Positions 13,775 through 27,476 of a stretch of DNA of 64,000 bases are shown piece after piece. The notes under the pieces were generated by a model. That model made no database searches. It was not told the DNA's origin and saw nothing but the letters and a program-made list of their open reading frames with translations. Made by a program: the position numbers and the translations under genes. This stretch comes from the human T2T-CHM13v2.0 reference genome, Homo sapiens, in NCBI RefSeq assembly GCF_009914755.1, contig NC_060928.1; one strand, 5' to 3'. The number at the start of each line of letters is the position of its first letter. Within the stretch, counting starts at the first letter, position 1.

Positions 13775-15617
13775 ATGACTGTACAAACATCAGTAGCATT
13801 TCTGTACACTAACAATGAACGATCCAAAGAAGAAATTAAGACAATTTTATGTATAATAGCATCAAAAAAGAACAAAATACTAAGAATAAACTTAACCAAG
13901 GAGGTGAAAGACATCTGCTGAAAACTGTAAATGTTGCTGAGAAGAAATTAAAGAAGACACAAATGGTAAGACATCCCATGTTCATGGATTAGAAGACAAT
14001 ATTTTTAAGACATCAATACTACCGAACAATCTACCATTTAATGTAATCCCTATCAAAATCCCAATGGTGTCTTTTGCAGAATTAGAAAAATCTATCCTAA
14101 GATTAATATAGAACCTTAAAGGGCCCCAAATAGGGAAACGAATCTTGAAAAAGAAGAACGAAGTTGGAGGTCTTGTACTTCCTGATTTCAAAACTTATAA
14201 AGCTACAGTAATCAAAACAATGTGGTGCTAGCATAAAGACAGACATATAAACCATTGGAACAGAATAGAAAGACCAGAAATTAATGCTTGTGTATATGGT
14301 CACAGTATCTTCAACAAGGATGCCAAGACTACTCAATGGGGACAGGATGATCTTTTCAAAAAATGGTGTTGGGAAAACAATAGCCACACACAAAAGAACG
14401 AAGTTGTACCCTGACCTTACACTATATATACAAATAAATGCAAAATGGATTACAGGCCTAAACGTAAGAGTGAAAATTACAAAACTCTTAGAAGAAAACA
14501 TAGGGGAACAGATTCATGATAAGGGTCTTGGCAATGATTTCTTGGATATGACACCAAAACACAGGCAACAAGAGTAAAAATAAATAAACTTGACTACATT
14601 GAAATTAAAAACTTCTGTGTATCAAAGGATACAATCAACAGAGTAAAAAGACAGCCGATGGAATGGGAGGAAATTTTTGCAATATTGCATATAACTGATA
14701 AAGGGGTAATATTCAGAAGTATAAAGAACTCCTACAACTCAATGACAAAAATCAAACAACCCAGTATAAAAATGGGAAAAGACTTAAATAGACATTTCTG
14801 CAAGGAAGATAAACAAATGGCCAAAAAGCACACGAAGATTCAACATCACTAATCATTAGGAAAATGCAACTCAAAACCACGATGAGATACTGCCTCACAT
14901 CCATTAGGATGGCTACTATCAAAAAAAAAAAAAAAAAAAAACAGAAAATAGTGTGTTGGCAAAGGTGCATATAAACCAGAACACTTCTGTCCTGTTGGTG
15001 GGAAGTAAAATGGTGCAGCTGTTATGGAAAACATTATGGTGCTTTCTCAAAAAATTAAAAATAGAATTACCATATAACCTAGCAATTCCACTTCTGGATA
15101 TATATATCCAAAATAACTGAAAGCAGGGTTTTGAAGAGATATTTGTTCACTCACATTCATAGGAGCTTTATTCACAACAGCCAATAATGGGTAGAAGCAA
15201 CGCAAGTGTCCATGATGGATGCATAGATAAGCAAACTGTGGCATATACATATAATGGAAATTTACTCATAAAAAGGAAGGAAATTCTAACACATGCTACA
15301 ACATGGATGAAGACATTATGCAAAATGAGACAGGTCAGTCACAAAAGATAAATACTGCATGATTCCACTTATATGAGGTACTCAGAGTAGTCAAATTCAT
15401 AAAGACAGAAAAATAAATGGTGGTAGCCAGGGTCTGTGGGAAGGAAAACTGGGGAGCTGTTGCTCAATGGGTATAGTTTTGGTTTTGCAAGATGAAAAGA
15501 ATTCTGGAAATTGGTTGTATCACAATGTGAATGAATTTTACACTAGTGAAGTATATACTTAAAATGGTTAAGGTGGTAAATTTTATGTTATGTGTATTTT
15601 ACTACCAATTTAAAAAA
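13775..15617 (+). mobile_element. L1MB-like 3' portion
   Basis: Decayed ORF2 C-terminal region and 3'UTR ending aaattttatgttatgtgtattttactac. Confidence 0.85.
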
Positions 15618-16160
15618 TATATACTACTATATACTATTCCAAGCTATATATTTACAAAAGATTATTTCACCAGTCTCCTATTGAATATTTTAAAATTCTA
15701 GCAGTAAATACTCTGGATAAAATAATATGAACTATAATAAAAATGAGACATGTTATTACAAAATTACTGTTACCAATATATCTTAGAGGTGTTGTGGGAA
15801 AGTAGAAAAGAATACTGTTAATAAATGAAACCCTGGTATAACGTTATAAGGCAATCCCCTCTGCAATGGACTGAATTTTAAACTCTAAGCAAGTTTAGTA
15901 TAGTAAATTTGACATAAAATAAGTATCAGCTATGCAAAATTTGGACTAATACATTTTTGGGCCCTTTCCCTTTCTAATTGATTATAAACATATTCTATCA
16001 TAAGTTATTTCAAAGGCATTAGGGATAAGCTTGTAAAATTATTGTTAGTTATTACCATTGTGAGTAACAAATGAAATTGAGAATACTATGCATTTAAGTA
16101 TTTGAGGTTAAAGAGTATATATACAAGCATATGAAAACTCTGAAAATAAACACCCTTTAC

Positions 16161-16319
16161 CTTTTGCTGAAATTCATCTTTAGTTTCTCCTGTATTTTCC
16201 TCCATATGCAAATTCCTGGAAACTTCCTCAGAAATTTTCGATTTTAGTGTATTAATTGTTTCTTGATGTTGTTTCAGAGACTCAAGAGCATTTCGTAATT
16301 GTTCTTGAGTATCTATATT
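16161..16319 (-). CDS. CENPE: CENPE exon 24 (159 nt; short repeat S1)
   Basis: [25 protein letters not shown]...EFQQK; aag| and |gtaaag. Confidence 0.94.
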
Positions 16320-16474
16320 CTTTGTTAGAAAAATATAAAAACAATTTCCATTAGAATATGAAACAAAATTATTTTGTAGCTACTACATAACATAATCATA
16401 AATAATAAATGATGGCCTCTGCAATGTTTTTAAGAGTCTCCAATTTTTCAAAGTTTAATCAATCAAAACCTTAC

Positions 16475-16747
16475 CATGTTAACAGTATCGTGAATATCAC
16501 TTTTGAGTTGGTCCCTCTCAATTTGCAAGCTTTCTTGGAGTTGTTTTAGATCATCTTTTTCTTGAGTTAAAGTTTTTACTTCTTCTAAAGTTTGCTGCAG
16601 TTTCTCAGTAATCAGTGTTTTCTCCCTTTCTACAGTTTGCAGCGTAGAATCTCTATTTTCTAATTGTTCCTTCAGCTGTTCCATCTCATTTAGTCTTTCT
16701 TGAACCTCACGTGTTTTCTCCTGAAGTTCTTGGGTCTTGTAAGAAAG
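16475..16747 (-). CDS. CENPE: CENPE exon 23 (273 nt; long repeat L1)
   Basis: [11 protein letters not shown]...[15 protein letters not shown]; aag| and |gtaagg. Confidence 0.94.
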
Positions 16748-16870
16748 CTTTAAAAAAGAAAAAGTAAATGTCACACAGTAAAAGCAGAGCAGTCTGAGGC
16801 ATACATATATACAGAAACCAAAACCCCAGAAGACTAAGGAGCATTTCTCAAAATAGCATCTTGTACCAAC

Positions 16871-17185
16871 CTCGGTCTTCAAAGCACCCAAACTCGAATC
16901 AAATTTTTGGGCTTCTTTAGAGAGATTAACTATTTCCTGATTCATTCTCTCATTCTCCTCAAGGACCATCTTATACTTTTGCTCAAAGTCCATATGAAGG
17001 GTTTTGAAATTTTGGAATTCTTGATCAGTGCTTTTATAATTCGACTGTGTAGTTGCTAGGTCATCTTTTGTTTTCCCAATTTCTTCAAGTAAACCTTGAA
17101 CTCTACTCTCCTTATGAACTACTTCAGAAAACAATTTATCTTTTTCTGATGTTATTATATGGAGCTCTTCAGATTTGTCTTGTAT
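16871..17185 (-). CDS. CENPE: CENPE exon 22 (315 nt)
   Basis: [11 protein letters not shown]...SLGALKTE; tag| and |gttggt. Confidence 0.94.
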
Positions 17186-18485
17186 CTATGGAAAAGAAAT
17201 AAAATTTAGGGATGTTAGCAACATATGATTCACTGAAGCAATTTTTAGGAAAAAAAGCTTTCTCTGCAAAAAGAGAAGTTATTTACATTCAGCAAAAATT
17301 TGACTGTGGAAAGGCAATATAGTAGTACTCTTATTGTCACTTTTCCCTAACTCAGCTTGTTTAACTCTACCTTTGATGTTTTATTTTCTAATCTCTTTGT
17401 ATTCTAGAAAGTAAGGTCTGCATGGAAAATAGTAAAGGCACATAATCAGATTGTCTTTATTTCCTTACCTATCATTTTAAAGTGTTTTCTAACTTTATCA
17501 TGTGGCAGGCATTTCTCAGAATTTGACATTTTTTTCCCTAAAGGCTTTGAATGCCTCTCAGGTTTCCAAAAACTTAATCAATGAATAATTTAAGTAATGT
17601 TTAATCATTTAAAATTGTTATTTAAGAAGTATCTTAAGTGGTATGGTCCATGAAAAAAATAAAAATAAAAGTACCACTTAAGTAATATTTAAATAATTAC
17701 ATAATTTAAATAACCCATATCTTGTATATTAACAGTTTAATCACTGTGAAAGATAAGGGCAGAGAGAGATGAGAAAAAAAGAAGAGATAAAGGAGGGACA
17801 AAGTAAAGACGGGCAATACAGCGTGTAGCTACAATCACGGGTTTAGGAGGCAGATTTATGTGGCTCAATTATGAGTTTGATAATGGGTTATTGGGACTAA
17901 AAAACTACCTATTTTTGAAGAGTTTATAAGACGAGTAAATGAAATAATGTTTTTGAAGTTCTTTAGCATGATGTTTGCCATACAGTAAGTACTCAAATTT
18001 TTGCCATTTTTCTTTTAGACAAGTAGAAAGAAAAACTGGCAGGCCATGGATTTACAGAAACATTCACCAGCCTGCAAGGTTTGCATTAACCTCTAAAACT
18101 TTATCAGTGCAACCTCTTTTCCCTCATTACTGTCTTTTATTCAACATAATGATACTACTACTACCAAAAAAAATGGTAAAGACTAAGGGTGGGCCGTAAT
18201 ACTGTATAAATGCAACATTTGAGGACTACAGAAATGGCTGCTACATGGATTATATTACTAAGTATTCTGTTAAATACACCTTGAAAAAATATATTTTTTA
18301 ATCTAGTAGCATAAGAACAAATTAGAAGATGAACTATATTCATTTCTATTTCTAACTAGTCAAAACGTTTACAGTATCTCTCTTGTCTGCTAGTTTAAAA
18401 TAAACTATACCAAAATATTTAAGGCACTATTATCGCAAAGGTTTTTATTTCAAAATAAGGGATAAGTGCTTATAAATGTGTTTAC

Positions 18486-18640
18486 CTCTTTCCTCAGCCT
18501 TTCTACTTCAGAAGGTAAAGATTTCAATTCTGAAAGCAAAATGACTTCTTCCCGCAAAGCTTCATTTTCTTCAACTTCTTTATTTAGTTCTTTCTGAAGA
18601 TCAGTAATCTTTCCTTCCAATTCCAAATTACAGAGCAAAT
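18486..18640 (-). CDS. CENPE: CENPE exon 21 (155 nt)
   Basis: [17 protein letters not shown]...ERLRKE; tag| and |gtaaac. Confidence 0.95.
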
Positions 18641-18946
18641 CTAGAAAGTTTTGGTAAATTGTATAAAGATCCAATGTTGCCAAACAGGTAATTTAATTTT
18701 TAATTGTCCTTGAATCACCTTTTTCAGGATCAGGTAAAGTTTATTTGAAAAATAATCCCTTATGATTTGAAACCCATGGAAATCTTTATAAATATTAATA
18801 CCAAATGAAACTAAAACGTAATATTGAGTTTTTAAAAAGTCAGAGTATAATGAATTTTTAATCATTGAAATATGCTTGTCAAATTGTTTAGGTACATTTC
18901 TAGAAGAAGTCAGATTTGAAAAAAGATGTTTAAAATTACAAAATAC

Positions 18947-19112
18947 CTTTTGGAACTTTGCCATCTATAAGGGAGGTGAGTTTTGTTATCTCATTAAAAG
19001 CAGATTGTAATTCTTTCTCCAGATCAACTTGCATTTTCTTTTTTGCCTCCAACTGGCTTTGATATAACTGAATATCATTTTCCATTTGCTTGTATGTAGT
19101 TGCAAGTTCTTT
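18947..19112 (-). CDS. CENPE: CENPE exon 20 (166 nt)
   Basis: [15 protein letters not shown]...IDGKVPK; tag| and |gtattt. Confidence 0.95.
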
Positions 19113-19195
19113 CTATTGAGAAAAACATTGCAAATGCACAAAAATACACTGATCATTACAACTACTTTATTATAAATATTACAAAAAATACTTAC

Positions 19196-19318
19196 CATTT
19201 TCTCCTTCAGCTCCAGATTTTCACTTCTAAGAAAGGCTGATTCTCTCTTGGCATCAAGGGCTACAGTTTCAGCATCAAACAGAGTCTGCTTCATTTGTTT
19301 TGGGTCTTCAATGCTTTC
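19196..19318 (-). CDS. CENPE: CENPE exon 19 (123 nt)
   Basis: [19 protein letters not shown]...LKEKM; tag| and |gtaagt. Confidence 0.95.
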
Positions 19319-20424
19319 CTAGACAGATGACAAAAGGGGTTCACTGAAATCTAATTTTCACAGAGTTGGAAAATTCTTAAGAGAACATGTATATAAATGT
19401 TAACTCTAGCTAATCAAAAAGCGTACAAATATGCTAGTTACCAAATATATAAAAAGAAATAATGTTTTCCTAATAAAAATAATTTTTAAAAATTCTGGTC
19501 ATATTTTTCAAATTATATAAGCAATATATCAAATTATATAAGCAATGTATCATAATTTAGATCTGTTTTGTTTAAAGGTTAAAACAACTGTTGTTCGGCA
19601 AGGCTGATGAAGTTTTCTATGTATTTTTATTTTGAGTTATTCTCTTCAGCACATGATAGGTAAGTGGCTAACAGTTAAATTAAAGATATTAACCCACAAA
19701 TTGAAAAGGAAAAAGACAAATGATCTAATAGAAAAATAGAGAAATGATATGAACAAGAAACTTACAGATGAGAAAATGCAAATGAAAAATACATGAAAAA
19801 AATCTACAACCTCATTTCTAAAGAGAAGTGGCATTTTAATATGACTTTAGCTTATATGAAATCAATGATATGTCCTTGGAAAAAAATTAATAAATTAATA
19901 CATGAATGAATAAGGAAAAAGAAATAGTAATTTTTAAAAAGTGGGCAGTTCTGCTTGCCACGCTATGAACAGACACTCCAGAATACATAAAAGTGCCTTC
20001 CTATCCAGGGCCTCAGAATAGGATGATATGAAATGGTATGAACCCCTTTGAAAAGAATCATTTGTCACAAATAAAAGGCAACAAAAGAATAGAAGGTAAC
20101 AAAAACTAAAAAACTCAACTGAAAACAGAAGAACAGAAACTAGTCTTTTAAAAGTTCCAGCTAGAAACTGTTATCATAAAAAAAAAAGTATTAAAAACTG
20201 GAACCAAACATATATAAGTAATCAGGTATACTGAAAGCAAACTGAAGCGATTAAATGACATCATCATCAGATTCAATGTTAGTTAATGCCAAGATCTTAT
20301 ATCAACTAAAATCATCTAGAGCTATAAAATTGTGAAAAAATATCCCAGTTTAATATTTAAGATCTTGACTATATACTACTGCATGCATTTGTATAAAACT
20401 ACTGAAAAAAATTCGGAATTTTAA

Positions 20425-20736
<312 letters not shown>

Positions 20737-20997
20737 TAATGGGAGCCTGTCCTTAACTTCCTTATATTTACTCAAAGGATGACATGATCAACTTTCCACA
20801 AATGTGACTTTATCTCTAAAATGGCAAATATACTAACAGTCCCTATCTCATAGGGTTATTGACAGATTTAATGAAATATATATAAATTTATTACAACAAT
20901 ACACAGCACAAAGTAGGTCCAGTATAAGCATTTGCTAAGATGATGGTATGCTATATATATTTATGTGATTACACAACAAAATACGCCTGATTTTTAC

Positions 20998-21117
20998 CAA
21001 TGAGTATGACAAGTCCATTTTTATATTTTCTAGCTTTTGAGAGTCTATGTATTCCTGTAGCTTCTTAATCTGGTCTTCCTTTTCTCTAAGCAGCTCTACT
21101 TTTGAACTGAGTTCATT
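20998..21117 (-). CDS. CENPE: CENPE exon 18 (120 nt)
   Basis: [16 protein letters not shown]...MDLSYSL; tag| and |gtaaaa. Confidence 0.95.
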
Positions 21118-21339
21118 CTAAAAGAATCAAAGGAGAGAGTAACAATTTAGAATCTGATTTGAAGTCTAAGGGATTAAAACAGAACTTATATATATTAGTT
21201 TAAATTCATAGTAAAATTCAAAGTCACTAATATTTTAAAAACATAATTCCCTTATTTCTGACATCATGTTCAGTTACATATGTTGCATGTTTTATAGTTC
21301 TAATTGCTTATCAATAGAAATACCAACATGAATGCTCAC

Positions 21340-21414
21340 CTCAAGATCTTGATTATATACTTCTGCATGCTTAACTAAATTCTTTAAGTTCGAAATTTCA
21401 TGAATTAGTTGCAT
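21340..21414 (-). CDS. CENPE: CENPE exon 17 (75 nt, phase 0-0)
   Basis: MQLIHEISNLKNLVKHAEVYNQDLE; cag| and |gtgagc. Confidence 0.94.
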
Positions 21415-22351
21415 CTGTAAGAGCATGTGAACAGGTAACAGAGCAAACCAATAGTTAATAAAGCAAAGCAAAAAAAAAAAAAAAAAGAAAAAGAAAAAAA
21501 AGGGCACTGGTTCACTGCTTCAGAATCACCCAACAGTTAGAAAGGACTGAGATCAATTGTTCAAGCTATCGCAACAAAGCACCTCATTATTTAAAAATAC
21601 TAGAAATATCACCCAAAACATATCAAACAAATAAAAAAAAAACCCTCAGCATGACCCCACCAAGTAGCTATATCATCTGTTAATAAAGCTACAATAATGT
21701 CAATAGCAAATTAGTATGCACTACTTGGAGGAGAGATTTAAAAAGTGGTAATCAAACCTTGAAAAATACACGTTTAGTAGATTTTTGTTTTCAGTCAGTT
21801 AAGTACAGAAATGTATTAATTCTTATAAAGTTTTTTCTTCCCATAAAGTATCCATCAGCTCTACATTAGTGTACTTTTTAATAAGTTCTGATTTGGAATC
21901 TAGGTTTGGATTAGGGTTGTTTCATGCAGTGCCTTTACAATATTATTACTTTTCACCAGTGCTACACAGGTATGGAATGATCAACTATGACCTTGATTTA
22001 TTCCAGAGGAAATATTGCACTCCATTATATTGTTCAACCATGTAAAAGTATAAAGGTAGAAGTATTTCTATTGAGGTGTCCTTTCTACCAAAATATCTGT
22101 AGCATTAAATATCTGAGTACCAAAAAGTTTGTTGAAAACAAGTAAACCACACATAACCAAGATAAACATTTTCCCTTAGAATTATTTAATCTTCATAATC
22201 AGATGAGCACTTACAGAGTAAAAGCAAATTCTAATAGTATGTAAGGGGCTTGAAAATAGTATCTTATTTAAATATTTTCTGGATGTTTAACTGAGTCCTG
22301 ACTAGTTTTAAATTTCAGACTAGTGCAAGTGTTGACATTACTATTTTAGGT

Positions 22352-22663
22352 CAGTGCTATCCAAGAGAAACATAATGTCAGACACATATGTAATTTAAAA
22401 TTTCCTAGTAGGCACATTAAACCTAAAAAGAAAAAGGCAGAATTAACTTTGAGAACATATTTTATTCAACCTAATATATCAAAAATATTTCTTCCAAAAT
22501 GTTTCTTCAGGTAATCTATCCAACATGTTTCTTTAGGTAATCAATATAAAAAAAATGAACAATTTTACATTCTTTTTTATATACTATGTCAATTCAGTCT
22601 GGTCCCATTTCAAGTGCTTAATTGCCACATATGGTTAGTGGCTACCCCACTGTAGAACACAGT
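22352..22663. mobile_element. MER33-like hAT-Charlie DNA transposon
   Basis: cagtgctatccaa...gtaatttaaaatttcctagtag...catttcaagtgct...gtggctacc. Confidence 0.8.
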
Positions 22664-22805
22664 CTTAGACATTTGTACTGCTTTTAATTTAAATTGGCTC
22701 CTTCTTTCACCTTTTCTTCCTTATTTTTAACTTCTGTGAAAGAAAATCACATTTACCAATAAGAAAGAATCAAAAATCAATCTTAACTTTTAAAAATACT
22801 TAGAA

Positions 22806-22840
22806 GAGATCGGGTGCATTCAGGGTAGTATGGCCATAGA
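22806..22840 (-). pseudogene. 5S rRNA 5' fragment (3'-truncated retrocopy)
   Basis: Reverse strand tctatggccatactaccctgaatgcacccgatctc vs 5S TCTACGGCCATACCACCCTGAACGCGCCCGATCTC; 4 transitions. Confidence 0.88.
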
Positions 22841-23561
22841 TAATGAAAACATTTAAAGAATACTAATTTAGAAAAGAAAATTTTCCTACTTCTTATTTGA
22901 AATAGCACTTTATCTTAGTACTGGTTCTTATGCATAGAAAATAATTAGCTTTTATAAAAATAAAAGTGTAATCTCCCAATGACATGTTTAAGATGCAGAG
23001 CATGAAGTGAAAGTGTGTGAAAAGGAAAAATGATTTAAACATATGATCTGATCTACAGTTAATCCATTGCTACCATTTAAATTGCAGATTTAAATGGTAA
23101 TTGTCATTAGGTGAAATGAAATATTTAACTTACATCTCCAAGTAGTAAAAATTATAAAATTAAATACACCAAGTTAAAATAGGTAGACGGTAAAGATTTT
23201 TCTCATTCCTCGAGTATGGTGATACTTGACATTTTCCATTCTCCCTCTAAAACATACTATTTAAGCATCTCATGTTACTATATTCCCACTAGAAAATTAT
23301 CTACAACTTGGGTGATTTTTGACAAAAGCTTTAGGAAAACCAGGGAAATGGCTCCATGTCCTAAGGCCAATTTGACTTTTATTCCCTTTTAGCTAAACCT
23401 TTCCCCAAAATGTAGGTTTTGGAACATATTTTGCTACATACACATAGACTTATATTTTTAGTTTAACATGGACTAGATACTGCAAAACTGGTTTTGAACA
23501 GGATGTTTTTATTACATAATCTTTTAAGTAACCTTAAATTTTGTGTCGAATTAAAAGTAAA

Positions 23562-23690
23562 GGGCCTAGAGCAGTGGCTCACACCTGTAATCCTAGCACT
23601 TTGGGAGGCCGAGGCGAGCAGATCACTTGAGCCCAGGAATGTGAGACTAGCCTGGCCAACATGGCAAGACCCCCGTCTCTATAAAGAAAA
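23562..23690 (+). mobile_element. Alu left monomer / FLAM
   Basis: gcagtggctcacacctgtaatcc...ccccgtctctata; no right arm. Confidence 0.85.
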
Positions 23691-26600
23691 AGTTTTTTAA
23701 TTATATGTCTTTTAGATTAGAAAGCTGAGCTTTGTGTTTTAAAAAAAAAAAAAAGAAAAAAAAGAAAAAGAAATTTAAAAAGAACGGAGTAGGATTCTTC
23801 CTCCTCAACTGTGGTTAAAATGGGAGAAAAACTGCAGTGTGATACATGTCATATATTCTGTGGTATTTTTGTAATCTTTCTCTGTGTTGACTCAATTCAA
23901 TAAGCTTCAATTTTTCTTATTAATATATTAATGATGTGAGAAAAATATTAGAGAAATTATTACCACTTATCCCAAACGTTAGTTTTATGTCATGTTATTA
24001 TCACATATAAAAAACATACAAAAATTAGATGAAATTTTAAAGTCAGAAGGGACCTTGGTGAGCATCTGGTCTCTACTTCAAGGGTGGAGAAATACAGGAA
24101 GCCCTGAGATTCAGTGACTTGCCCAAGGCCTTGGCAACAATTCATAATAGGATTGGATCTGCGGTAAGTTTATAAGTGGCAAAACTGCGGCTTAAATCCA
24201 GGCAATTTCACTCTAGAGACCATGTTCTTAATCATGACACTAGGCCAGTCCCTTCCATAAAACCTAGTTTTATTGATTAAAGTCCAATGGTTTTGTCATG
24301 CATGACATTTTGCACTTCATTAACATGCATTTTAAAACAAGCTAAATGAAACCCTGTGGAGAACTTATAGACTTTTACCTCTTTGAATATAGTACCTATG
24401 AAATAAAGCAATAATTTTAATTTGTAGGTAGAATGGAAATAATAGCTTTGGCATAGAATTCTTTTTTCCTTTAAAAATGAAAAGAGGTTGAGAAACTGAA
24501 CAATGATATCGAGGAAAAAGGGTCATGGCCTTTTGGGCTAGCCACATAGAAGTCTGAAGAGTAGCTGCAAATTAATTCATCTTTTAACTACATAAAACAC
24601 TGGGTCTTATTTTTTTTTGAAGGGGGGATGTTCACGAATCACTTTGCAAGTCTGATAACAACTACAGATTCTTGTTCCAGAAAAATGAATATGCATTGAA
24701 AAATTCTGCAAAATAATTTCACAGCATCTGTGGCCTCTAGGTTAAGGACACTTTACACTAATAACTCCCTTTAATCTTTTGGACAATTTCTGAGTCCCTA
24801 AAGTCTGATGGTTTCTGGATTAAGTTCTCTTAACGTGTAGCCTAATATTTTATACTTAGAAAATGAGTGATCTGTTTCTATAAATTCCATTATAACTATT
24901 TAGTATTAGTTATACTAATTTTCACATAACTCTCTTAGATGGAGAAGGAAAAACAAAACGTACAAAATTAGCTTCTCCAGCTATTCTAATGTTTTAATTA
25001 TTTAGAAACATACTTTCTAAAGAAAAAGAAATCCATTAATATGTAGCATCCATATATAAAATAGTCATCTAGATATTAAAATTCATACTGATCTCAGTAG
25101 GAAACTGCTGTGCTCTAGGTAGCATTTATATATGCTCAATAAAATGTAATATACAAACTATAAGGAAACAATTTCAAGACAAATCCATCAAGAGGTAGAT
25201 ACACCAACCCTTCCCATAGATGCTTTTAATTCCTTTTTCTCTTGCATAAGCACCAGGGAAAGAAACATGATTTAACTATTTTTAAAATATAAATGAAGAA
25301 AATATTTCTTAAATTTTCTAAATTGTATATACATATGAAAAATGGTTAGATCTTCAACATCTCAATCTTAGAAAAAAAAATCTTTAAGACAATACTTCTG
25401 AGTGATGTCAAGAAGATGACAGAATAGGAGGTCACCTGCTCACATCCCCCCAAAACAACAAGAATTCTGTACCTATTACAGACAAGTCTTTTTGTGGGAG
25501 CCTTTGGATTCAGGTAGGAGGTTGTAAAACCCCAGTAGAACTCAAGACCTGGAAGTGTTGTTTTTGAGAGTGCATACCAACACCCAGGTGGGAGTCCTGC
25601 CAATTGTGCTCCCAGGTTCATATGCAGAAATGGTCCCATTCCTTGAAGGACTTAGCTACAGCCCTGTTTGGCCTAGAGTCTGCAACCAAAACTATCTGTC
25701 AAGGGGTCCAGGAGAAATCACACACTCTAGGGTCTCGGCAGATGGGCTCTTCTGCCTGTCGACATTGGTCTTGGCAGTGGACCCAAAAGTTAGCCTATAA
25801 CTTGGCTCCTGCCCTCCTCAAGCTGTAGTCCTAGCTTAGTACTGCTTGCACAAGGACCCAGAAGGGAACATGCCCATCTGAGCCACCAGGACAGGCTTGC
25901 CGGCCTCTGTCTCATAGCAGATTCCGACGGGGACATGTACTGGCTCCAGCCCTCCCCTGCTGCAGCCTCCCTGCTCTCACCCACACAGAGAACTGCCAAG
26001 AGATGAACCTGTCTGAGCCACTGGGTCAGGCTTGCAGTCCTCCATCCCACAATAGACTGAAGGGGCCCTGTCTCAGCTTCAATGCCTCTTTGCTGCAGTC
26101 AGGAAGCTATCTCGACTGTATTGGGAACTGCTGGGTGAAGCACCTGCCCCAGCCACCAGGACAGGTTTCATGCATCTTTCCCATAATAGATCCTAAAGCA
26201 GTCTTGTCTTGACTGCAGCCCCTCTCTACTGCAGCCTGGCAGTTATCCTGCCTGTGTAGGACAGGCCTGCTGGCTTCCATCACATAGCAGTTCTGGAAAG
26301 AACCTTGAATGTCACAGCTACAGAATGCAAGCAATCCTCCCTGCATAAGGAACTGCTGGGAGTCTTGACTGCTGGTGCCACCAGGTTAAGCTTACCAACA
26401 TTGGTTCCATAGCACATTCTGAATTAACTCTGAAGCTTGGTTTCAGTTTCTCCTAGCGATAGTCTGAGAATGGTTTTACCCAGCCGGGGTCCTACCGGGA
26501 GACAGGCGTATCCAAGTCCCTGTGGCAGGTTTTGCAACCCTTGTCCATCAGCAGATTCTCAAATGGCCCTGGATCTTGATACTGACCCCTCTCATCTGTG

Positions 26601-27476
26601 GAATAAGAACAGCTCTGCCCACCTGGGGACCTAAAGAGAAAGGTGTCCAGTAGTGCCTCTGCAGGATAACATGGTGACCTCAGTCATACTATAGATCTTG
26701 AAAAGACCTTATAAAGATGGTGAAGACTAAAACAAATAGCTACATTCATCTTCAATGTGCAGACACTGCTGCATGACCACAAGCATCATGATCAGGGAAA
26801 CATGATGTCACCAAAAGCACAAAGTAAGATACTGGTGACTGATCCTAAAAGATGGAGATGTATTATCTGCCAAAGAATTCAAAATAGCTATTTTAAGCGA
26901 GCTCAGCAAACCTCAAGAAAACATAGAGAAACAATCCAGAAATTTATCAAGGAGACTGAAATAATAAAAAAACCAAACAGAAATCCTAGAGCAAGAAAAT
27001 ACAATGAACAAAATGAAAAATGCAACAAAGAACATCAATAGAAGAATGGATCATGCAGAAGAATTTGTGAGCTTGAGACAGGCTATTTTAAAATATAGAG
27101 TCAGGAGGCAAAAAAAAAAAAGGATGAAAAGGAATGAAGTTTATGGGACAACATCAAAAAAGCAAATATTTGGGTCACTGCAGTTCAAGTAGAGAAAAAT
27201 AAAGGGACAGAAAGCTTATTTAAAGAAATAATAGCAGAAAATTCCCAAACCTGAAGAAAGCAATACATATCCACATATAGGAAGGTCAAAGGTTACCAAT
27301 CAAATTCAATCTAAATGACCCTGCCCTAAGATATATTATATTCAAACTCAAAAGTCAAAGACAAGGAGAAAATCCTAAAAGCAGCAAAGCAGCAAGAGTA
27401 AAGAGGCAAATAACATAGAAGGGAGTTCCATTATGGTTAGCAGTAGACTTCTAAGCAGAAATCTCACAGGCCAGGA

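Noticed and set aside
25346-26634. Cluster of GC-richer ORFs as a nested gene
   Set aside because: They lie in the L1 5' monomer region; no splice or protein-family support.
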